Source: Longimicrobiales bacterium (GTDB lineage Bacteria; Gemmatimonadota; Gemmatimonadetes; Longimicrobiales; Gaopeijiaceae). Taken from it: a stretch of 64,000 nt of DNA. The stretch's first letter is position 1. Each line of letters starts with the position of its first letter. The notes below the pieces were generated by a model, which was given only the letters and a program-made list of their open reading frames with translations, was not told where the DNA came from and searched no databases. The DNA is taken from contig OZ220732.1 of the NCBI GenBank assembly GCA_965116905.1, forward strand, positions 1,568,001 through 1,632,000. Reading direction: 5' to 3'. Positions 19,869 to 29,347 of the stretch are shown here, piece by piece. Made by a program: the position numbers and the translations under genes.

Positions 19869-21087
19869 CTTTCCTCCAAGTGGCGTGGCGGTCCAAGCGG
19901 AACTCGAGATCGTCCAGCCCTGCTCGAAGCCGTTCGTACTCTTCCGGGGTAATCGCCAAGACCTCTTCGAGAGGAACAGCATAGAGAGCTTTGCTGAACT
20001 GGTTAAGCCGTATTCTGAAAGGGCCGATTTCCCCTGCGACATGACCAGTCAGCCGATCGATGCAGGCCTGGAGACTATCGATATCCTGTTGATCGAAGGT
20101 GGCTGCGCCCTGCTTGATGGCGCGCTCTAGTTGGCCATTCAGCGCCCGCACCCGACTCTTGACACCCGTTTGGCCAGCCCGGATCTCATTGTACAGCTCG
20201 TGGGCGGCGTGCTTCTGGTGGCTCTTGAGGCGGTTCCACTTTTCGGAGTCCTCGTAGTACTTGGCCATGAAGCGAGCATCACGGTACTCTTTGAAAACAT
20301 CGTGCTTGACCATGTCGAAGACCTCGCCGCGGAGCTGTTCGCCCTCTTCTGTCTGGGCCCGGACCCGTGGTCCGAATCCGGTAGACTTGCTGATCTCTTC
20401 CAAAGTGCTGAACTGCCGCAGCGCGAGCTTGTCTCCATCGGGGGCGTCCACCCAATCCACGAATTGCTCGGCAAACCTGTAAGCGTCTCGTAGGCGGGAT
20501 GCCCATGAAGTACTCTTGCCCATGTGACCAGCCATTTCAGTCAGGGTGAGGATGGGTGGATCGCCCTCGACTTGGTCGTGAATGAATTTTGCTTGAACGT
20601 ACCTGCCCCAGTTCCGCACGCCGGTTCCCCTGACATGCTTCTGAGCCAACAGAATCGCCCGCTCCTTGTCGCCGAACTCCTCGGGCAGGACCTTGGCGAT
20701 GACGAACCGAAACCGGTCACGGTCCGCTTGGCCTTCGTGTTTGGTCCAGAGTTCACGAAGGACCGTGACGCGAGTCGCCCCTTCGATCACCAAGTACTTG
20801 GGGTGCCTGCTATTGGCGCGCCATACGTAGATTGGTTCCAATTGGCCGAGATCCCTGATTGAGTTTCTGAGGGTGCTGTAGCCACTGGTATCCTTCAGCA
20901 TGGCCGCCAGCTCATCCTCGTCTCCCGGTTTTCTTCCGGCCAGGTGGGGAAGCAGGCGCGGATTATCGGTCCACAGGCGCACGTCTTCATGCACGTCGAG
21001 GCGAGCTTCAAGGAGGTGGTACTCTTGGGAGCCGATACGCTCCAAGTACTTCCTCGGGTTGGGGGCATCCTTCGGTAACGGTGTCAT
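19858..21087 (-). CDS. ParB/Srx-like N-terminal domain protein with HTH
   Basis: DNPRL, LRNSIRDLGQLEPIYV, YLVIEGATRV; HTH-like LTEMAGHMGKSTSWASRL. Confidence 0.7.
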   Translation of the reverse strand: MTPLPKDAPNPRKYLERIGSQEYHLLEARLDVHEDVRLWTDNPRLLPHLAGRKPGDEDELAAMLKDTSGYSTLRNSIRDLGQLEPIYVWRANSRHPKYLVIEGATRVTVLRELWTKHEGQADRDRFRFVIAKVLPEEFGDKERAILLAQKHVRGTGVRNWGRYVQAKFIHDQVEGDPPILTLTEMAGHMGKSTSWASRLRDAYRFAEQFVDWVDAPDGDKLALRQFSTLEEISKSTGFGPRVRAQTEEGEQLRGEVFDMVKHDVFKEYRDARFMAKYYEDSEKWNRLKSHQKHAAHELYNEIRAGQTGVKSRVRALNGQLERAIKQGAATFDQQDIDSLQACIDRLTGHVAGEIGPFRIRLNQFSKALYAVPLEEVLAITPEEYERLRAGLDDLEFRLDRHATWRKDGP

Positions 21088-21506
21088 TTCTGATCTCCGG
21101 TGAGGAGGTTCGTCACGAAGAGCGGCGGCAGGGTTACCAGGACAGGCACCGCCCGTGGGACCTGGTCGTTGCAGACCGGGCGCAGCAACCGTACCAAACT
21201 GGCTTCCACACCGGCCGCGAGGTGCTCCGGCAGAATTGCTGCGCTGAAGTACGTGCGCTCACTGGCTCTGATGGCTCCAATGCACCCCTTGCAACGCCTT
21301 GAATCCATGTGCTCGCCAAGCCGGCGCTTCAGGCGCGCAGATCGACCAGCGTAGAAGACGGGGTATCCGCCCAGTTTCTCTGCAAAGACCTGGAGGAGGT
21401 AGACGCCTCCGGCTCCATCCGAGATCCGGGCCACCTCTGGGGTGGAAAGGAGCCTTGGCCCGATCCAGTGTGGATCGATCGGTGTTGCGTGAGCAAGTGA
21501 AAACAT
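21084..21506 (-). CDS. Small GIY-YIG-like nuclease
   Basis: GVY...FYAGRS, LKRRLGEH, VEASLV, PVCN; stop overlaps the ParB-like start (ATGA). Confidence 0.7.
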   Translation of the reverse strand: MFSLAHATPIDPHWIGPRLLSTPEVARISDGAGGVYLLQVFAEKLGGYPVFYAGRSARLKRRLGEHMDSRRCKGCIGAIRASERTYFSAAILPEHLAAGVEASLVRLLRPVCNDQVPRAVPVLVTLPPLFVTNLLTGDQK

Positions 21507-21557
21507 GATGCAGATAAGGTAATACGATCCAAACAAAACACAAGAGATGCTGAAATC

Positions 21558-21611
21558 TGTACAATTACCCCCCATTAGAGGTTGCAATATGGCCTTTTCT
21601 GTACATATTAT
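21558..21611 (+). promoter_or_regulatory. yefM-yoeB promoter with TGTACA operator cores
   Basis: TGTACA at 21558-21563 and 21600-21605 (the E. coli YefM operator core); TTGCAA-18 bp-TATTAT. Confidence 0.55.
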
Positions 21612-21616
21612 GGACC

Positions 21617-21916
21617 ATGACCATCGTCAGGAGCTACACGGAGGCTCGGCGCTCGCTCGCGGCCTTGTGGGATCGGCTGGAGGAGAGCGGAGAAGTTGCG
21701 ATCCTGCAGCGGCGGGGTCACAAGGACCTGGCAGTCGTCGACGCTGAGGAGCTCGCGGCCCTCCGGGAGACCGCTCACCTCGTGCGATCCCCGAATACTG
21801 CCCTGCGACTGTTGGTCGCGCTGACGCGGGCGCTTGGGGGGAGCAGCGAGCCGATGTCTGTCGACCAACTGTTGTCCGAACTGAAGTCCGGCGATGGAAG
21901 CGAGGAGGACATCTGA
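21617..21916 (+). CDS. yefM: Phd/YefM antitoxin
   Basis: SYTEARRSLAALWD, ALRETAHLVRSPNTALRL. Confidence 0.85.
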   Translation: MTIVRSYTEARRSLAALWDRLEESGEVAILQRRGHKDLAVVDAEELAALRETAHLVRSPNTALRLLVALTRALGGSSEPMSVDQLLSELKSGDGSEEDI

Positions 21917-21930
21917 TTGGGAAGTTCGAG

Positions 21931-22200
21931 GTGCCGGAAGGCTTGCAGAAGGGGGTATTCCATGAGGAGTTTCGGGAGGATCTAGCGTGGTGGTCATCAC
22001 ACCGTCCGAGAACCGCACGAAGGGTGGTCTCCCTGGCACGTGCGATTCTCGAGGAATCTGGAGCCGCCCGAAAACTGGGCCAGCCCCTTCGGCACACTCT
22101 CGAGGGCTGCTCGACCCGCCGCCTTCTGGGAGAGCACCGGGTCGTGTACCGATGCGCGCCGGACGCCGTCCACTTCCTACAGTGCCGATACCACCCTTGA
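21931..22200 (+). CDS. yoeB: Txe/YoeB toxin (divergent)
   Basis: FREDLAWW, RRLLGEHRVVY, LQCRYH; follows yefM. Confidence 0.75.
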   Translation: MPEGLQKGVFHEEFREDLAWWSSHRPRTARRVVSLARAILEESGAARKLGQPLRHTLEGCSTRRLLGEHRVVYRCAPDAVHFLQCRYHP

Positions 22201-22354
22201 GCTCATTCCAGGGCACACGAGGTTGCCAAGCCAACCAACCGTTCCGGGCCCCCTCCCCTCCCGCTGGGTACGGACAACGGTTACCTTATTATGGTATTTG
22301 TTCGGTTTGCCGAACGCTCCCTCCAAACCCTCCTGATAAGGGACGAACCGCTTC

Positions 22355-23599
22355 TTGAAGACTCAGCCCGCAGCTGATCTCGTGCGTTTCCCAGGCGAGG
22401 GGCGACCTCAGCCCCCCGACGGGCCCACGTGCGTTGACCTGTTTTCGGGCGCAGGCGGCTTAGCGGAGGGATTCCGCGCAGCGGGCTTCTCAGTGGTCGC
22501 GGCCAGCGATTCCGATCCCGCAGCAGGCGTGACCTTTCGCCGGAACTTTCCAGAAGCCGACTTCTTTGCAGGACCGATTGCGAAGCTCCGCGGCGCTCAC
22601 CTGATCGCCGCTTCGGTTGTTAGGGCGGGATCTCTTGATTGCCTGATCGGAGGCCCGCCATGTCAGGCCTTCAGCTACAACAACCATCAGCGCTCGGAGA
22701 GCGACATCAGGGCTGGCCTTTTCCGCGACTACCTGCGGATCGTGAAGGGGCTCCGGCCTAAGGCGCTGGTGATGGAGAACGTTCCCGGAATCCTGACCGT
22801 CGGGGGAGGAACTGTCGTCGAGGAGATCTACGAGGCGCTAGAGGCACTGGGCTACGAGTGCGAGGGACGGATCCTGTATGCCCGGGACTTCGGAGTACCT
22901 CAGTTGCGCCGGCGTGTGTTTTTCGTTGCCACGCGCCTGGGATGGGATGAGGAGCTGTTTCCAGAAGGGACCTTCGGACCCTGTCCGAAGCCCAAGCCCC
23001 GGAACGACGACTACGTTCACACATGGGAGCGCCAACCGGATCAGCAGTACGGTCACCTGAACGCTGTCAAGGTCGGGCCAGCCATCAGTGACCTGCCCGC
23101 GATCGCGAATGGAGGAGGGGCCGACCGGCTGCGGTACGCTGCCCCAGCTCGGACGGTACTCCAGAAGTTGCTGCGCAACGGTGAACGCTTCGTCCCCAAC
23201 CACAAGACGAGGACGCTGGGTGGCCTCATGATGGAGCGCCTGCGCTTCATCCCACAGGGAGGGTCGTGGCGAGACATCCCGTTTCAACTGCTGCCGGCCG
23301 GAATGCAGCGAGCCCAGCGGAACTCCCACACGACACGGTATGGGCGTCTGAGCCGACATGGGGTCTGCAGCACCATCCTGACGAAATGCGATCCCCACTG
23401 GGGTCGATACATCCATCCTTCGCAAGACCGAATCATTTCAGTACGCGAGGCAGCACGCCTGCAGTCCTTCCCCGACCGTTTCGAGTTCTGCGGTTCCATA
23501 AGCGATCAGTACCGGCAGGTGGGGAACGCGGTTCCGCCTCTCATGGCAGCGGCGGTGGGCCGAGCGGTGCGACGCCACATCGATTCCCGCCAGGCTTGA
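22355..23599 (+). CDS. DNA (cytosine-5) methyltransferase
   Basis: Motifs I DLFSGAGG, IV GGPPCQ, VI ENVPG, VIII PQLRRR, IX REAARLQSFPD, X GNAVPP. Confidence 0.95.
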   Translation: MKTQPAADLVRFPGEGRPQPPDGPTCVDLFSGAGGLAEGFRAAGFSVVAASDSDPAAGVTFRRNFPEADFFAGPIAKLRGAHLIAASVVRAGSLDCLIGGPPCQAFSYNNHQRSESDIRAGLFRDYLRIVKGLRPKALVMENVPGILTVGGGTVVEEIYEALEALGYECEGRILYARDFGVPQLRRRVFFVATRLGWDEELFPEGTFGPCPKPKPRNDDYVHTWERQPDQQYGHLNAVKVGPAISDLPAIANGGGADRLRYAAPARTVLQKLLRNGERFVPNHKTRTLGGLMMERLRFIPQGGSWRDIPFQLLPAGMQRAQRNSHTTRYGRLSRHGVCSTILTKCDPHWGRYIHPSQDRIISVREAARLQSFPDRFEFCGSISDQYRQVGNAVPPLMAAAVGRAVRRHIDSRQA

Positions 23600-23661
23600 C
23601 CCCGTGAGGCCCTGGATCGCAACCGCGCATCGTGACGGCCCACGACGCCGGGCAGCCCACC

Positions 23662-24123
23662 ATGACCGACATCTTCGATCCTCAAAAGAGAAGCCAGATC
23701 ATGTCGCGCATCCGGAGTACGGGAACGGCTCCTGAGGCGCTGCTTTATCAGATTGTAAGGCTGAGTCTGGGACACCGTTGGAGAATCCGGCAAAACGCCC
23801 GCGATCTGCCAGGGCAGCCAGACATCGTCGTTCCCACCCTCTCCTTGGCGATCTTCGCAGACGGCTGCTTCTTCCACCAGTGTCCTGATCACGGACGTAT
23901 CCCCGACACCAACAGGTCGTACTGGGAGCCTAAGCTGGCAGGCAATGTCCGGCGCGATGCGGAGAACCGGGAGAAGCTCTGCAAACTCGGCTACACGGTC
24001 TGGCGCTATTGGGAACATGACCTCCGCGGCAAGAATCTGCAGGCAACCCAGGGAGAGATCGATCACAGGCTCAGTCAGCGGGTGAGTGACTGGAGGACTG
24101 ATGGTCGGCCAAGGCCCCGTTAG
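23662..24123 (+). CDS. vsr: Very short patch repair endonuclease
   Basis: MTDIFDPQKRSQIMSRIRS, LPGQPDIV, FADGCFFH, YWEPKL..NVRRD, WEHD. Confidence 0.92.
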   Translation: MTDIFDPQKRSQIMSRIRSTGTAPEALLYQIVRLSLGHRWRIRQNARDLPGQPDIVVPTLSLAIFADGCFFHQCPDHGRIPDTNRSYWEPKLAGNVRRDAENREKLCKLGYTVWRYWEHDLRGKNLQATQGEIDHRLSQRVSDWRTDGRPRPR

Positions 24124-24469
24124 CCCGTTCCTCGCTCTCCCCAACGACCGCGCCTGATCCAGGCGTGTCCAGCACCCAAGGATTAGCGTTCAACCCGGAC
24201 GGACAGCTTGGCCTGGATCGGGTGGACGGCTTCGCTCGGAATCGGTGGTCGAATTCGTCGGAATAGGCAGCGGTCGTCGTTTCTTATCTCCGTTTTTTGG
24301 GCGTGGGTTCGCTTGGCGCACCGCTCCGAGCAGGTGCATGATCCCTTCTCATTCAACAAACACCCCTTGTCGTCCTTTCGGACGGATGGATGGCCCCACG
24401 AGTGTGGGGAAAACGAAGATTCGGGGGGCCTGGCGCGGCAGCGAGTCCATTCGGACGCGGACCGGGCAC

Positions 24470-25987
24470 CTACAGAAACAACCGCATCCTCTGCTCCAAC
24501 AGCGGCCGACTCAGAATCCCCGTCATATTCAGCACCTCGAGATTGAACCGACCATCGCCTCCACGCCCCCACCATTCCTCCGCCACCCACCCCAGGTTCT
24601 CGGCGGCGATCACGGCGACGTTGGTGCCGGCGCAGTCGGCCGCAAGCTGCCAGACTCGATCCATTGCGGAGTCGTCCGCGTCTGCCACCACGACCAGGAA
24701 GCAGGCGACCGGGTCACGCGAGTCGCGGATGTAGCGCTTGAACTGCCTCAGGTGGGTGGGCGGGAAGGTGTAGGCGCTCTCCGTGCTCTTGTTGTCCCAC
24801 ATCAGCACATCCCCAGCTGCCTTCCGACGCCCGCCGAACCGGATGCAGCCGTCGGGGTGCTCGCTGCCGGGCATCTCCATCAGTTCGAGTCCCAGCCTTG
24901 ATTCGAAGAGGAACCGGGTTGCCGCCTCGAACCCGTGCTCGATGTCGAGGTCCTTTCTGATGATCTGGTTCGCCAGCAGGTTCTCGCGGTCGCGTCGGGC
25001 GAGTTCCGGCAGGTACTGGTAGAATCGCTCACCTGGCGACGCTTCCTCGGACACCTCCTTGGTGATCAGATTGGCGAAGTAGCCTATGATCCGTCCGATG
25101 CGCTCGGTCTTGTTGCCGCTCACCGGGACGCCCGGAAGCGAGGCGCACAGCTTGCGTAGCTCCTCACTGGACAGGATGCCCAGCACGCGGCTGGGAGTCA
25201 GGCCGGAGGAGATCACCCGTCCCTTCAGTTCCGACTTCGTGCCCGATGAGGGGAGTTTCTTCTTGACCAGCGTCTGTTTCAGCTGGCTGACCGTGAGAGC
25301 GTCGAGCAGCAGGCCCCACGCGTGCAGCCCGAGTTCCAGGCCGAGTGCATCCATCACGGAGGCCCGCATCTCGTCCGGAATCAGGTAGGGAGCGCCGTCG
25401 GCCTTGTTGCAATGGAAGACGATGCCACCCCACTGCAGCTTGTTCAGCACGTCGCGGCATTCGCTCGGCGTATGGAGGATGTTGCCTCGCTGTGGGAAGT
25501 GTTCGAGCTGGGCAAGGACGATACGGAAGACAGCCTCCGATAGTCCGAGGCTGTCGCGGAGAGTGCGCAGCAGGTTCAACTCGCGGAATGTGATCAGCTT
25601 GTCGTCCAGCGCCGCCCTGAGCACGTCCCTCAGGATTTCGATGCGGTCAGGATCCTCATAGCGCAGGCTATCATCTGTGGCGGCGGCGTCGAGCACGTCT
25701 TGCTCCAAGCGGGTCAGGCTCTCGACGATATCCTGCTCAGATGCCGACCAGTCGGGACGATTCACGAACGCCTCCAGCATCAGTATCTGCCGGATCTGGT
25801 CCTTGAAGGGACCATCGAACTGCAGAACGGTAGTGATCCGTTTCCTGTCGGTGAGTTCCTCGACATTCCGCAGAATGATGTCCCGGGCCTGTTGCTCGTT
25901 AGGCTTGGGGAAGTCCTTCGTGAAGCTGTCCACAATGCGCTGCAGCGGCAGCTTCGACATCTGCTTGATCGCATCTGCGACCTTCAT
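24470..25987 (-). CDS. Putative endonuclease: TerB-like segment, two SAP-like motifs, FokI-like PD-(D/E)xK domain
   Basis: ALDDKLITFRELNLLRTLRDSLGLS; LTVSQLKQTL..SGTKSELKGRV; HPDG...WDNKS..YTFP..FKRYI. Confidence 0.6.
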   Translation of the reverse strand: MKVADAIKQMSKLPLQRIVDSFTKDFPKPNEQQARDIILRNVEELTDRKRITTVLQFDGPFKDQIRQILMLEAFVNRPDWSASEQDIVESLTRLEQDVLDAAATDDSLRYEDPDRIEILRDVLRAALDDKLITFRELNLLRTLRDSLGLSEAVFRIVLAQLEHFPQRGNILHTPSECRDVLNKLQWGGIVFHCNKADGAPYLIPDEMRASVMDALGLELGLHAWGLLLDALTVSQLKQTLVKKKLPSSGTKSELKGRVISSGLTPSRVLGILSSEELRKLCASLPGVPVSGNKTERIGRIIGYFANLITKEVSEEASPGERFYQYLPELARRDRENLLANQIIRKDLDIEHGFEAATRFLFESRLGLELMEMPGSEHPDGCIRFGGRRKAAGDVLMWDNKSTESAYTFPPTHLRQFKRYIRDSRDPVACFLVVVADADDSAMDRVWQLAADCAGTNVAVIAAENLGWVAEEWWGRGGDGRFNLEVLNMTGILSRPLLEQRMRLFL

Positions 25988-26194
25988 GGGGCTCTCCGTG
26001 GTTTGGTGTCGGGTTTAATCCAGACCGCGATCGGCGCGGGAGGGGAGCCGATCCGGCGCGTGAGAAACGACCAGCCACGGGGCGACTGGCATGTCGGCGT
26101 CGGCTACCGCGTGGTGGTCGCTGAACTTAGTCCCGAAAGGTGTAGCTACTGCAACAATCGAGCAACTTCGTCGGGGAGGGTGTTCGGGTGGCAA

Positions 26195-26884
26195 TCATGA
26201 GACGCACAGCCCCAGCCATGCCAGGAGGTCTGCGACAAGAAAGCGGTCCACTCCCCTCTCGGCCCGGTAGAGGCCCGAGTAGCGCCTGACCAGCTCCAAA
26301 GTGGGCATGACCTGCCACGGGAACCGATACGTGGGCTCCAACAGCTCCTGCATGCCAAGGGCCGAGCGCACGACGTGCCAACCCGTGGGCATGTGTACCG
26401 CGTACGTATCGGTCCACGCGCACGGGTTCCCCGCCTCGAAGCTGGAGATACTTGTGTTTCTGGCCTGTTCCCTCATCGCCGGTGGCAAGGATACGGGTTC
26501 GGGATCAGTCCTCTCCCTCGCTCTCATCCACTCCAGTTTCGCCTCCCGGCACGCCCGGATACGGTTGCGTCCCTCGTGCCATGAAAACGCCTGTATCACG
26601 CCCCACAAGATGCCGGACCCGATGATAATGTTCTTTTCGTCCGTCGTGAAGCTGCCGCTATTGTCTGCCGCGACCAGGGCAGCTCCCGCCAGGTTCATCG
26701 TCGCAGCCACACCGTCAACGGCCGGTAGTATCGATGACTCGGTGCAGTACACGGGGTCGTCCGCCATTCGGAAAGCCGGATTAGGCGGGCCTTCCACAAA
26801 CAACACTGAGCAGCCCGAGGTGAGCAACGCCAGCATCGCCACCACGAGGATGCGGGTCTTTGTGAGCCTCTCCTTGGCTGTCAT
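26195..26884 (-). CDS. Hypothetical lipoprotein/membrane protein
   Basis: Lipobox LLTSGC, hydrophobic segments, GGAG RBS. Confidence 0.55.
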   Translation of the reverse strand: MTAKERLTKTRILVVAMLALLTSGCSVLFVEGPPNPAFRMADDPVYCTESSILPAVDGVAATMNLAGAALVAADNSGSFTTDEKNIIIGSGILWGVIQAFSWHEGRNRIRACREAKLEWMRARERTDPEPVSLPPAMREQARNTSISSFEAGNPCAWTDTYAVHMPTGWHVVRSALGMQELLEPTYRFPWQVMPTLELVRRYSGLYRAERGVDRFLVADLLAWLGLCVS

Positions 26885-27359
26885 CTACTCTCCATCTCCT
26901 TTCATCTGACGTCTCTGGTCATGGAACGCATGGAGTCCTGCTCGGCGATTGAAGCCCTACCAAGGTCCGGTCCGACTCGGAATCCAGCACCCGATAGCGA
27001 GGGCGGCGAGCGGAGGCAGGACGACAAGGCGCCTCATGAGCGAATCTCCTGCTACTGGGGGAGCAGTCTATTTGGTTGGCGGGACGCTAATTTGTCGCGC
27101 AACGCATCGGTATTCTAATCGACTTGGTACGTTGGCTGTCAATAGACATCGCGAATATCATACTTTGAGTACAGTCGGCCGATCCGCGGCCGCGCTCCTT
27201 GGTTCAGGCACATCATGGCGACCGCGAACGGGGCCGAATAGGACCGGCAGGGCCGCCGGAGGCCGGGAGTCTGCCTGTTGACGCACGGGGTAGCCTGAAC
27301 CAATGGGGGTGGGGGACCACCGCGCGACGATCCAGGGTGCAGGATAGAAGAGGCAAGGA

Positions 27360-28319
27360 ATGTCTAGGGGTACTGAAGAGCAGGCTTCGGCGAAGAGTCG
27401 CGGCGAGCGACTCCAGCGATCCATCGTCAGTCGGCTCGATGCCACCGTGGTAGATCGGTGCAACCAAGAGATGGCCATGGCCGGAGTCACGCAGCCGAAG
27501 ATCTCCGACATAGTCGTGGTCCTCAACCTTCTCTTGAGGGAATGCTACTTGGTCTTCCTTCATCAGGTTGACCTCTGCCCCACTGCGACCCCACCGGTTA
27601 GTCAACTCCTGAAGCTATCTGAACGGTGCACCGCACCTTATCGGGGCAGAGAGCTTTGGCTGAGGACACCCGCGTATTATCGGAGGATTGAGAGCGCTGA
27701 CACCAAACCCACCGATCCACACGACGGTCTCCTGACCAAGGACGCCACTCCCTGGATGCGGCGAACTGTGGCGTTGGAGGTCGGTTCCATCGATAGTCTC
27801 AACGCGACGATGACGTTTGCCGCTGACCAGGAGCCCTGGGTCTACTGCACCTCGATCCCCCCGACGAATGAGGCCGAGCGGAAGGAGTTGATAGAGAGGT
27901 TCCCCGAGTATGACGCGATGACTGCGATCGAGGATCCAACCTCCTTCGCGGTGCGGCTGGGCATCGATTTCGCATTCAGCGTCCAGAAGCCCATCCATGT
28001 CGAACTCAGTCCACTAGAGAGGTGGGCGTACGACCAGAGCAGCTACAGTGTGCCTCTTTGGGAAGGGGAACATCCCATCGACAAGATCGTCCGTGTGTAC
28101 CACGGCCCGGTGGTCTACGAAGACCAGTCCGGCGTCCTGGGATCTGGGGAGGATGTCGTCGATGCCTCCATGGTTCCGAAGGGCTGGTTCACAAAGAAGA
28201 CGGAGTTCTCAGGAGAGCGAGAATACCGTTTCGCCGTGTCCACTCTCGGAAAGCCACGAGACGACACCTTCAGGCTACCAATATCAGACGAAATGAGACT
28301 GCTGACTGCTAAGGCGTGA
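27360..28319 (+). CDS. Hypothetical protein (WVYCTS / FTKK..FSGEREYRF motifs, DUF2971-like)
   Basis: 319-aa ORF with conserved-looking CTS and ExEYRF motifs. Confidence 0.55.
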   Translation: MSRGTEEQASAKSRGERLQRSIVSRLDATVVDRCNQEMAMAGVTQPKISDIVVVLNLLLRECYLVFLHQVDLCPTATPPVSQLLKLSERCTAPYRGRELWLRTPAYYRRIESADTKPTDPHDGLLTKDATPWMRRTVALEVGSIDSLNATMTFAADQEPWVYCTSIPPTNEAERKELIERFPEYDAMTAIEDPTSFAVRLGIDFAFSVQKPIHVELSPLERWAYDQSSYSVPLWEGEHPIDKIVRVYHGPVVYEDQSGVLGSGEDVVDASMVPKGWFTKKTEFSGEREYRFAVSTLGKPRDDTFRLPISDEMRLLTAKA

Positions 28320-28360
28320 CCGACAAATCGAACTGATTCGGCGCGAAGCGGCCTCTGCCC

Positions 28361-29128
28361 CTACGCGCTCGACTGCTCAGCGACAAACTCGTAGAGCGGT
28401 TCCAGGTTGTCCCTCGCATGCCGCATCGCCCGAGGCGTGATCTCGGCGAGCGGGGTCCGGACCTTGAGGTGAGGGCTCACATACATCTCAACCTGTCGTT
28501 CCCACGGATGCCGTTTCGAAGGGAGCACGGTGACCGGGACCTTCCTGCGACCGCGATGTCGCTTCCGGGGGTCCAGGCATTCCCTCGCGCCTCGCAGGGC
28601 ATCTGCCCAGCCCTGACCATCGAGGCGATTCAGCGCGTTCGGCGTGGGGCCGAGAGTCGCCTCCCTGATTGGCGGTCGAGCGGAATACTGCCACGCGTCG
28701 CGCGTCCACTGCACGGTGACCTCATCGGGTCTTGCGACCCTTCCGCGATAGCGGGTCAGGAGGAGCGGACGGGAGATCTCCCGCTCGATGAGTCGCGCGG
28801 CCGGCCAGTCGTCGTACCGCATGCCCTCGAGGTTGACGCCCAACCAGACGAAGCCGCCATCGGGGCGGTAGCCAGCGTTCCATTGGACACCCTCGTTGCC
28901 GTCCGAGATGCCCAGGACGCCACGGGATGGGCTGCCGAAGTCCCTTCCGCGGCATCCGAAGATGTCTCTGAAGTGGCTCTTCAGGGCGTCGGCGGGGTGT
29001 TTGGGGACGGGCATGGAGGAGGGCCGGGATTCCGCGTGTGAAAGAAGGCAGTCGAGCGCACTGGTGGACTCGGGGGGCTGGTCCACAATCTGGCGTGGCG
29101 CGGTCGTGGTGTCATCATGGCCGTCCAC
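28361..29128 (-). CDS. Hypothetical protein
   Basis: 255-aa ORF; a degenerate paralogous fragment at 42308-42465 supports a real gene family. Confidence 0.6.
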   Translation of the reverse strand: MDGHDDTTTAPRQIVDQPPESTSALDCLLSHAESRPSSMPVPKHPADALKSHFRDIFGCRGRDFGSPSRGVLGISDGNEGVQWNAGYRPDGGFVWLGVNLEGMRYDDWPAARLIEREISRPLLLTRYRGRVARPDEVTVQWTRDAWQYSARPPIREATLGPTPNALNRLDGQGWADALRGARECLDPRKRHRGRRKVPVTVLPSKRHPWERQVEMYVSPHLKVRTPLAEITPRAMRHARDNLEPLYEFVAEQSSA

Positions 29129-29249
29129 GGGGACGGTGTCTCGGACGGCGGTTTGGAAAGGGGGATGGCCGAATCCCCTGTGACGCTAGTGAAAAATAAA
29201 CACTGTCATCACTATATAGATAATCTTAATGGTAATCAACTTCACTAAC

Positions 29250-29277
29250 TTGACAGATGGGCTATCGTCCCTACGTT
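29250..29277 (+). promoter_or_regulatory. Sigma70-like promoter in an AT-rich divergent intergenic region
   Basis: TTGACA-16 bp-TACGTT. Confidence 0.4.
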
Positions 29278-29347
29278 ACCTCTGCGGACAGCCCCCGACC
29301 CGGATGAGGCACCCTTGTCCCTCGAATCTCCTCGGAGGAGCCGACAA

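Noticed and set aside
19858..21087. ParB-like gene as a plasmid or chromosome partition locus
   Set aside because: No ParA, rep gene or parS-like repeats nearby; it is embedded in a nuclease/helicase operon.
16659..24123. Calling the SNF2 plus Dcm locus DISARM class II
   Set aside because: No DrmA/DrmB (DUF1998) helicases or PLD nuclease are visible.
26920..27360. Possible ncRNA or small genes in long intergenic stretches (also 31730-32200)
   Set aside because: No recognisable RNA family or convincing extended structure; only a short lipoprotein-like stub near 27040 on the minus strand.
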